From: an uncultured Roseburia sp.
GTDB lineage: Bacteria; Bacillota; Clostridia; Lachnospirales; Lachnospiraceae
DNA: 10,925 nt
Assembly: GCA_937877505.1 (NCBI GenBank)
Contig: CALFIN010000018.1
Location: forward strand, 1-10,925
Direction of reading: 5' to 3'
The notes below the pieces were generated by a model. That model was not told the DNA's origin, did not search any database, and was given only the letters and a program-made list of their open reading frames with translations. Below are positions 7,101-10,925 of this stretch, one piece after another (the stretch's first letter is position 1; the number at the start of each line of letters is the position of its first letter). Both the position numbers and the translations under genes were made by a program.

Positions 7101-9327
7101 CCTGATCAAGCTTAATAATATAGTATGGATTGTTCCTTGAGTCAAGTTTTCTATACAGACGCGCGCCCACGTTCTGTTTTTCTGTAGACGCTGTATTCCA
7201 ATACCCAATCCGCGCATATTGAAACGCTGCTTTTTCGTCCGCGGATGCAAATGTGATAAAATTCATCTGGTAATCCTGATCCAGCGTCACTGTAAATCCC
7301 TTATTGTCTGCCGGATAAGCCACGCCATCGTCCCAGTCTGTTTTTTCCCAATAAGATCCAAAGTTATTATCCACTAAGCCAAGCGCGCTTTTTTCCGCTG
7401 TATCTAACGCGCTGCCTACCATCTTTGCGCCGCCATGCCCGCCATATGACGCTGCTGTAATATGGGCGCTGACTGCCCCTTCTCCATTTGAAGTATTCAA
7501 CAGTTTATAATTCGGAAGCTGTGGCGGGACATTTAACTTCGTAAGCGCGGATGCTGACAGTGATGGGCTGCCCCAGCCAAGGTCATTCCAGCCTACGACA
7601 TAGACGGAATATTCCACTTCGTCCTCTAAGCCTGCAATGACATAATGCGTTGCGTTTAATTTTCCGGTTCCTTCTTTTACCTGTGTAAATCCTTCGATCA
7701 CCGGACGGTACTCTGTATCCGCATCTTTTGTCTTTTTATAATAAACCATGTATCCGTTTGCGTCGTCCATGTCTTTCCATGACACTTCTATCGTCCGGTA
7801 CCCGCCTGTCGCAGATACATTATCAGGCGCCGCCGGAAGTTTCGTCGGCTTCGGCTCTCCGATTACTTCGTTTGACCATGGACTGCTCCAGTCTCCATTG
7901 ACAGAACGCGCTTTTATTGTATATTTTTCAAAGTTTAAAAGCGGTTTGTCATTTATAGATGATATTGTATGCGTAATATTAGATACGCGCACAATCTGTG
8001 TTTCATGTTCTTCTTGGTTTTTCACAGGACCTGAAATATATACCTCATACCCCGTCACATTTTTCTGCGGGTTCCAAGATACAATCAATCCTTTATCTAC
8101 GGATTGTGGAACTCCAAGCGTCGGAATGTCCATCTGCGGCGCCGGTATCCTTTTTTCCATATCGTTGACAAAATCAACCTTTGCAATATTCACCAAAGGC
8201 TCCGTCTTTTTCGTGCCGGTAATTTTAATCGTTACCCGCTTTACTGCAATCTGGCCTCCAAAATCTAACACCAGCGAACCGTCAGCCTCAACGTCTGCCG
8301 AAATAGTCGCTGCGCGGTTTGACGCATTTGCAGCAAATAGCGCCCTGTTCTTTTTTTGCTTTGGCTTTGCGGCGGCAGAAAACGGAACCGACGTTTCTTT
8401 TCCTTCCGCGTCTGTATAAATCACTTCCCCTTCCGTTATTTCATTGGAAATGCCGCCCTGTTCATCTGTTACCGGAGCATGAACGACAATTCCTTGAATC
8501 TCTACCGCTTTTTTTGTATCTTCCACTAATGTAAAGTTAATCCCAACAGGATTTTCCGCTGAAATCTGCGCATTTGCATTTTCAGGCTTTAATTTCAGCG
8601 CGCCTGTTCCATTTAAAAAGTCGTTGACGTTTCCTTCCATAGTTGCGCCCTCAGCCTGCTGGATCGTTTGGACTATGCCAAGCTTCTCCACTGTGGACTC
8701 CCTATGTTCATCTATGCTTTGCACAATATACTGCAAATCTGCCATATCCACTTTCCCATCTTGATTGAGATCAAAGGCAGCTTCCATAGAGCCTTCACGG
8801 ATTTTCGACATCATGCCGTCAATGTCCGTTTGGTCAATTACTCCATCTTGATTGACGTCGCCGACCCGAATCCAGCCCGGAGCCGCTTCATTGCCCGTCT
8901 CAATTCTTGATGGAGAAATTAAAATCTTGGTTTTCCAGCCATTTTGCGCTTTCACATCCTGCGTATAGTCCGCAAATTGGGCTGACTTCACAGTAACTGT
9001 GTAATCTCCTTCTGACACTTCAAACCTTGCCGCTGCAAAGGAAGCCTTAGAACCCTCAAATTTTAAATCCTTTGATTCCACTACTTCGCTGCCACGTCCG
9101 ATTTGTACGGTTACGTCACCCTGAAATGGGAATTGAGCGGAAGAACGCACCCCTACTTCCAGAACGCTCTGCGCTTTGCCTGAATCCACTGACTCAGATG
9201 CAGCCTGCGCTTCGCCAAAATCCACTGACCCAGATGCAGTCTGCGCCCCAAACACCGGTTTTGCATTGCCTATCCATGTCTGAAATGCCAGACATCCGGC
9301 AAGCAGCATTGCCACCATTCTTTTCAT
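4096..9327 (-). CDS. Giant secreted multimodular M60-like (enhancin-like) zinc metallopeptidase of 1743 aa. Approximate residue ranges are: signal peptide 1-27; Ig-like (carboxypeptidase-regulatory-like) domain about 55-145; type-I dockerin 154-206; FN3 x2 at 405-590; F5/8-type-C (CBM32-like) domain about 600-772; helical linker; M60-like N-domain plus catalytic domain about 850-1275 with HEIGH at 1133-1137 and the downstream Glu at 1148; Ig-like domain about 1315-1415; second F5/8-type-C domain about 1425-1585; C-terminal domain of unknown function. No LPXTG or SLH anchor is present.
   Basis: A long uninterrupted ORF with an ATG at 9325-9327 and AAAGGAAAGAGAC upstream. The zinc motif is WGVAHEIGHDINQGAYAVAE (HEXXH plus E, spaced as in Peptidase_M60). 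Discoidin-like segments end in ...VGEIHF and ...IQEIEICG. Dockerin repeats are GDVNQDGVIDQTDIDGMM and FDLNQDGKVDMADLQYIV. FN3 signatures are present. All of this is pattern recognition by eye; no HMM search was run. Confidence 0.9.
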   Translation of the reverse strand: MKRMVAMLLAGCLAFQTWIGNAKPVFGAQTASGSVDFGEAQAASESVDSGKAQSVLEVGVRSSAQFPFQGDVTVQIGRGSEVVESKDLKFEGSKASFAAARFEVSEGDYTVTVKSAQFADYTQDVKAQNGWKTKILISPSRIETGNEAAPGWIRVGDVNQDGVIDQTDIDGMMSKIREGSMEAAFDLNQDGKVDMADLQYIVQSIDEHRESTVEKLGIVQTIQQAEGATMEGNVNDFLNGTGALKLKPENANAQISAENPVGINFTLVEDTKKAVEIQGIVVHAPVTDEQGGISNEITEGEVIYTDAEGKETSVPFSAAAKPKQKKNRALFAANASNRAATISADVEADGSLVLDFGGQIAVKRVTIKITGTKKTEPLVNIAKVDFVNDMEKRIPAPQMDIPTLGVPQSVDKGLIVSWNPQKNVTGYEVYISGPVKNQEEHETQIVRVSNITHTISSINDKPLLNFEKYTIKARSVNGDWSSPWSNEVIGEPKPTKLPAAPDNVSATGGYRTIEVSWKDMDDANGYMVYYKKTKDADTEYRPVIEGFTQVKEGTGKLNATHYVIAGLEDEVEYSVYVVGWNDLGWGSPSLSASALTKLNVPPQLPNYKLLNTSNGEGAVSAHITAASYGGHGGAKMVGSALDTAEKSALGLVDNNFGSYWEKTDWDDGVAYPADNKGFTVTLDQDYQMNFITFASADEKAAFQYARIGYWNTASTEKQNVGARLYRKLDSRNNPYYIIKLDQAITANKVNICLGRDSVRASMMVGEIHFHYYDSLEDDIMGLYTDEMHTTLRADVTESVIQALEARLELVDEASGEKHPLYNELTLELKTAREILNSNLACAYEVENQITGSKDGHLGFGGLNSWQPVGKTVYAGESLLVYVGHNTKRTGDKASLQLVFTQQHAEAATLSKAVSLKVGRNEITVPQIVSKEFERGGQLYVAYTGNNANDKYAVRISGGSDIPVLSVYGKTQEERMAAISAYVKELEQYVGTIEAGHAAKHTGTKNVDYPYDQQNCILNTTDIMMREMMYSVPATQVWAGIKNAEDKAVKLDLALKAMEKTMTLFYQHKGLSDNAGTVRGNNAWPAQHLNIRYMRMFAGAFMYASGNHIGVEWGSTLLASAPNDWSGFGWGVAHEIGHDINQGAYAVAEITNNYFAQLLTKVPGKTRFTYKNVYDKVTSNTIGRSPNVATQLALYWQLHIAYDNNKDDRHIYDNYEDQFINLFFARVDTYSRNPKMAPQEGLTLDGGSEQNIMRLACAAANKNILPFFVRWGMQPDEKTTAYAAKYGEAETKALYYVNDDARDYRVDHPNEEGTIKDQDAVTAATVNAAGNQAEITIATDRSAELMLGYEISRSMISNGKKSTQVIGFAPIDTADSTVFVDSISSINNRVMEYEVRAVDKYLNYSNVKTAGSVKIQTDGVLNKSEWTVETTMTSADDTVIEPDGEDPDSGYEAEDPAGVEAKKVNSITRILDNDRTAAGTYNGVSGGAASITIDMRKTEEVTALKYQGSAVASAAVEVSPDGENWTKVKENVSLAANAEQTVWFDSVNEEDRKNWIGTYDAKYVRLTLSQAGNISIQEIEICGPTGDNLEFMATEEGQPAIGVLKEDFIYGQEAEDVIPAGSLIFTGTYKGNPAYNVVALYDANGNVIGEKDGNVSAEQIILADVPEQGNLGETSDGTWVYYVRPDQWNLEAIRNTGFVRGELYRVDNALTLEGERIVSDTKLLEIPQELPDITLQGGKYEKLD
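4573..5055 (-). other. F5/8-type-C (discoidin / CBM32-like) module number 2, residues about 1425-1585.
   Basis: ITRILDNDRTAAGTYNGVSGGAASITIDM ... YVRLTLSQAGNISIQEIEICG is a discoidin-like signature. Confidence 0.5.
5503..6780 (-). other. M60-like peptidase region, N-terminal accessory domain plus catalytic domain. The HEIGH codons are at 5917-5931 on the + strand coordinates.
   Basis: HEIGHDINQGAYAVAE fits HEXXHX(8-28)E, the enhancin/M60-like consensus. The downstream block ILPFFVRWGMQPDEKT sits at the point where the M60-like catalytic domain ends and the Ig-like domain begins, and is a second recognisable landmark of the domain boundary. Confidence 0.65.
7012..7530 (-). other. F5/8-type-C (discoidin / CBM32-like) carbohydrate-binding module number 1, residues about 600-772.
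   Basis: GLVDNNFGSYWEKTDWDD ... VNICLGRDSVRASMMVGEIHFHYY. Discoidin domains characteristically open with a D-x-N-x-x-T-x-W motif and close with a [VI]-x-E-[IV]-x-[FV]-x-G motif. Confidence 0.5.
7558..8115 (-). other. Two tandem fibronectin type III modules at residues about 405-590 of the peptidase.
   Basis: IVSWNPQKNVTGYEVYISG...YTIKARSVNGDWSSPWS and IEVSWKDMDDANGYMVYY...YSVYVVGWNDLGWGSPS carry the typical W...GY.VY...Y.....W FN3 pattern. Confidence 0.6.
8710..8868 (-). other. Type-I dockerin module, two EF-hand-like Ca-binding repeats spaced about 30 aa apart, at residues 154-206 of the peptidase.
   Basis: Duplicated D-[VL]-N-Q-D-G-x-[VI]-D-x-x-D segments each followed by a hydrophobic helix (GDVNQDGVIDQTDIDGMMSKI ... 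FDLNQDGKVDMADLQYIVQSI). This is the classic dockerin signature, read directly from the translation. Confidence 0.7.
9183..9254 (-). repeat. Imperfect in-frame tandem duplication with a 36-nt period and 2 copies. It encodes GSVDFGEAQAAS / ESVDSGKAQSVL directly after the signal peptide of the peptidase.
   Basis: aatccactgactcagatgcagcctgcgc at 9183-9210 and aatccactgacccagatgcagtctgcgc at 9219-9246, read from the sequence. The 12-aa periodicity is visible in the translation. Confidence 0.7.
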
Positions 9328-9339
9328 GTCTCTTTCCTT

Positions 9340-9430
9340 TCTCTACAATATATTTCATATTTTGCGTCATATATTTTAACATAATCTTCCAAAGAAAAAA
9401 ACATTTTTCTAAAATTGTATTAATTTAAAA
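9340..9430 (-). promoter_or_regulatory. AT-rich promoter region of the peptidase gene. On the minus strand there is a candidate extended -10, TGtTAAAAT (reverse complement of 9373-9381), with a poor -35. On the + strand there are direct repeats ATATATTT at 9348-9355 and 9369-9376, 21 bp apart, overlapping the -10.
   Basis: Motifs read from the sequence. No convincing -35 was found, so the call is low confidence. The repeats could form an operator. Confidence 0.3.
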
Positions 9431-9431
9431 C

Positions 9432-9460
9432 AAAAAAAGCGGCGTAAAAACGCCGCTTTC
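9432..9460 (-). terminator. Strong intrinsic terminator 15 nt downstream of tRNA-Leu. The stem GCGGCG / CGCCGC has loop TTTTTA and is followed by TTTTTTTG on the minus strand.
   Basis: A perfect 6-bp GC stem (9439-9444 / 9451-9456) with an A7 run at 9432-9438 on the + strand, which gives a U7 tract on the minus strand. Confidence 0.7.
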
Positions 9461-9471
9461 TAAATATAAAA

Positions 9472-9555
9472 TGCCCGCGACCGGAATCGAACCGGTACTG
9501 TATCGCTACAACAGGATTTTAAGTCCTGCGCGTCTGCCAGTTCCGCCACGCGGGC
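9472..9555 (-). tRNA. tRNA-Leu, anticodon TAA (UAA). It is a class II tRNA with a long variable arm. No CCA is encoded.
   Basis: Reverse complement gives GCCCGCG-TG-...-CAGGA-CTTAAAA-TCCTG-(15-nt variable arm)-ACCGGTTCGATTCCGGT-CGCGGGC-A. This has a 7-bp acceptor stem, a 5-bp anticodon stem with a 7-nt loop and TAA at positions 34-36, and a T-arm with TTCGATT. Confidence 0.85.
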
Positions 9556-9587
9556 AAATCAAACAATGATACAATAAAAATCTCAAA

Positions 9588-9669
9588 TGGGCAGAGGTGG
9601 ATTCGAACCACCGAAGCAATTTGCAGCAGATTTACAGTCTGTCCCCTTTGGCCACTCGGGAATCTGCCC
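9588..9669 (-). tRNA. tRNA-Tyr, anticodon GTA (GUA). It has a long variable arm. No CCA is encoded.
   Basis: Reverse complement gives GGGCAGA-TT-CCCGAGTGGCCAAAGGG-G-ACAGA-CTGTAAA-TCTGC-(13-nt variable arm)-GGTGGTTCGAATCCACC-TCTGCCC-A. This has a 7-bp acceptor stem, GTA at positions 34-36, and a T-arm with TTCGAAT. The + ORF 9597..9791 in the supplied track overlaps it and is spurious. Confidence 0.85.
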
Positions 9670-9699
9670 ATAGAAAAGCATCCAAAAATGCCCTACCAT

Positions 9700-9750
9700 T
9701 TATTTATTATATCACAAACGCTTTTCTTTTTCAAGCGCTTTTTTTTATAA
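9700..9750 (-). promoter_or_regulatory. Near-consensus sigma-A promoter for the tRNA-Tyr/tRNA-Leu unit. It has an A8 UP-like tract (reverse complement of 9739-9746), -35 TTGAAA (reverse complement of 9729-9734), a 17-nt spacer and an extended -10 TGaTATAAT (-10 hexamer is the reverse complement of 9706-9711). The predicted transcription start is near 9697-9699, about 30 nt upstream of the mature tRNA-Tyr 5' end.
   Basis: Hexamers and spacing read directly from the reverse complement: aaaaaaaagcgcTTGAAAaagaaaagcgtttgTGaTATAATaaataaatgg. Confidence 0.55.
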
Positions 9751-9818
9751 ACATGCCACAATCCTTTTTCATCTTCCATTCACGCGTCTAACCAACGCTG
9801 ACGGAAAAGACCGTCCGC

Positions 9819-10925
9819 CTATATTCTTTCTAAAATCACCGCTGATTTTTTTTGCATTGTAATCGAAAGTCTGCCTTTTTCCACACGATGCCGGATCGGC
9901 ATCAGGGAATATCCGTTTTCCGTAGTCACAAAAACCTGACACAGCGTTGCCGTTCTTGGAATCCCAGCTTTTACCGTGAAAACCTCTAAGTCCCTTTCCC
10001 TGTCATCATGGTTAATCAGAATCACAAACTGCTGGTCAATCGTAAATCTCGCATAACATAAAAGTTTGTCTTCACTATTTAAGAATTGAAAAGAGCCTGT
10101 CCGCAATGCCTCGTTATTTTTATGGATACGGATTAATTCCCGATGCAAATCAATTAAATCCTGATTTTCATTCCCCCACGGATATGTCCTGCGGTTGTCT
10201 GGATCCGTAAATCCACATAATCCGGCTTCATCTCCATAATAAAGCGTCGGCGCGCCCGGCCATGTCATCTGCATCACAACCGCTTCCCGCATCGCGCTGT
10301 ACTCTATGCCCTCGCTTGCCGCCCCCGCGCCTAAATATTCCACACGTCCCGCCTTATGGTTTGTCCTCGTCAAAAACCGCGAATGGTCATGGTTTGACAA
10401 CTGGTTCATGGAACAAAGCAGGGAAGGCGTCAGAAAACTTGCCATATAATGGCGCATCGCGCCTTCAAAATCACTGATTTTGCCAATGCGTTCTGGGTGG
10501 TATTCGTCGCTATGCTTCTCCATTCCGGTTAAAAACCATGTCAAAGGCTCCATAAAAGCGGAATAGTTCATAATTGTATCCCACTGATCGCCCATCAGCC
10601 AGTCTTTCGGGTCTCCATAGTGTTCCGCCAAGATTATGGCATTTGGGTTCGCTTCTTTTACCGCTTTCCTAAAGTCCCTCCAGAACTGGTGGTTAAATTC
10701 TTTACTGTGCCCTAAATCCTCCGCTACGTCCAGCCGCCATCCGTCTACGCAATATGGCTCTGACACCCATTTTTTGCCAATGCGCAAAATGTCGTCATAC
10801 AGCTCTTTCGAACCCTCAAAGTTTAACTTCGGAAGCGTGTCATGCCCCCACCATCCTTCATAGTTTTTATTATCCGGCCACGCGCTGTCTTCCTGATCCT
10901 TAAACCCAAAGTAACTGCGGTATGG
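9819..10925 (-). CDS. Glycoside hydrolase family 13 (alpha-amylase superfamily) enzyme, C-terminal roughly 368 aa only. It looks like a neopullulanase / cyclomaltodextrinase / maltogenic-amylase type. The gene continues beyond the window end, so the 5' end is partial. The M at 10787 in the ORF track is a TTG codon encoding an internal Leu.
   Basis: The frame stays open from 10788 to 10925 with no stop, reading ...YEGWWGHDTLPKLNFEGSKELYDDILRIGKKWVSEPYCVDGWRLDVAEDLG.... GH13 conserved regions are present: II (GWRLDVA, nucleophile Asp), III (ILAEHYG, acid/base Glu) and IV (LSNHDHSRF). The stop TAG is at 9819-9821. Confidence 0.9.
   Translation of the reverse strand, partial: PYRSYFGFKDQEDSAWPDNKNYEGWWGHDTLPKLNFEGSKELYDDILRIGKKWVSEPYCVDGWRLDVAEDLGHSKEFNHQFWRDFRKAVKEANPNAIILAEHYGDPKDWLMGDQWDTIMNYSAFMEPLTWFLTGMEKHSDEYHPERIGKISDFEGAMRHYMASFLTPSLLCSMNQLSNHDHSRFLTRTNHKAGRVEYLGAGAASEGIEYSAMREAVVMQMTWPGAPTLYYGDEAGLCGFTDPDNRRTYPWGNENQDLIDLHRELIRIHKNNEALRTGSFQFLNSEDKLLCYARFTIDQQFVILINHDDRERDLEVFTVKAGIPRTATLCQVFVTTENGYSLMPIRHRVEKGRLSITMQKKSAVILERI

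Noticed and set aside
7748-8419. A 223-aa ORF on the + strand, and several other + strand ORFs of 60-118 aa (411..626, 611..844, 1254..1478, 1955..2224, 2430..2660, 2696..2971, 3398..3667, 4495..4821, 5377..5589, 6270..6545, 6404..6688, 8319..8534, 8668..8910, 9072..9428, 10262..10477, 10636..10863).
   Set aside because: All are antisense to long minus-strand ORFs that have clear domain signatures. They are low-complexity or Pro/Ser/Leu/Phe-rich translations typical of the reverse strand, with no RBS, no signal and no recognisable motif. They are most likely spurious.
9194-9382. A 62-aa minus-strand ORF, and 5385..5567, a 60-aa minus-strand ORF.
   Set aside because: Both are alternative frames inside or overlapping the peptidase gene and its promoter. 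They have no SD and Cys/Arg/Met-rich nonsense composition.
9597-9791. A 64-aa + strand ORF.
   Set aside because: It overlaps tRNA-Tyr and the tRNA promoter. The sequence is fully explained by the tRNA cloverleaf.
9796-9818. Hairpin GACGG-TCTTTT-CCGTC just downstream of the GH13 stop, a candidate terminator.
   Set aside because: It has no U-tract after the stem on the minus strand, so it is not a convincing intrinsic terminator. It may still be a processing or pause site. The GH13 transcript may instead read into the tRNA promoter region or end rho-dependently.
1-10925. CRISPR arrays, IS elements or transposase genes, integrase genes, toxin-antitoxin pairs, rRNA.
   Set aside because: I looked for regularly spaced direct repeats, terminal inverted repeats, DDE or tyrosine-recombinase motifs, and short paired ORFs. 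None are present. The only repeats are the 36-bp in-frame duplication and AT-rich promoter repeats.

Overview
All supported genes in this 10.9-kb window lie on the minus strand. The sequence looks like a low-to-mid-GC Firmicutes (Clostridia-like) chromosome, judged from AAGGAGG-type ribosome-binding sites, lysine-rich AT-biased genes and a dockerin module.

Reading the minus strand from high to low coordinates, the window holds:
- (i) The 3' part of a GH13 alpha-amylase-family glycosidase gene, 9819..>10925. Its 5' end is cut off by the window edge, and the TTG 'start' at 10787 in the ORF track is an artefact.
- (ii) A two-gene tRNA unit, tRNA-Tyr(GTA) at 9588..9669 and tRNA-Leu(TAA) at 9472..9555. 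It is driven by a near-consensus sigma-A promoter and closed by a strong intrinsic terminator.
- (iii) A 1743-aa secreted multimodular protein, 4096..9327. Its modules in order are a signal peptide, an Ig-like domain, a type-I dockerin near the N-terminus, two FN3 domains, a CBM32-like domain, an M60-like zinc metallopeptidase with HEIGH...E, an Ig-like domain, a second CBM32-like domain and a C-terminal domain. There is no sortase or SLH anchor.
- (iv) A 388-aa secreted protein, 2946..4112. It overlaps the previous gene by 17 nt and has a perfect Shine-Dalgarno sequence inside that gene. It carries a beta-rich N-terminal domain of unknown identity followed by two very lysine-rich FN3 modules.
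- (v) A methyl-accepting chemotaxis protein with a 4HB sensor, a HAMP domain and a signalling domain, 1006..2712.
- (vi) A 239-aa N-terminally anchored extracytoplasmic protein of unknown function, 147..866.

Intrinsic terminators separate most of these units.

The most interesting feature is the gene pair in (iii) and (iv). A dockerin-bearing, CBM32-equipped M60-like peptidase resembles a mucin or glycoprotein-degrading enzyme, and it is translationally coupled to a lysine-rich FN3 protein that could be its cell-surface anchoring or cohesin-bearing partner. This would be a cellulosome-style display system aimed at glycoproteins rather than plant polysaccharide.

All domain calls rest on motif and pattern recognition by eye and need HMM and structure searches to confirm.
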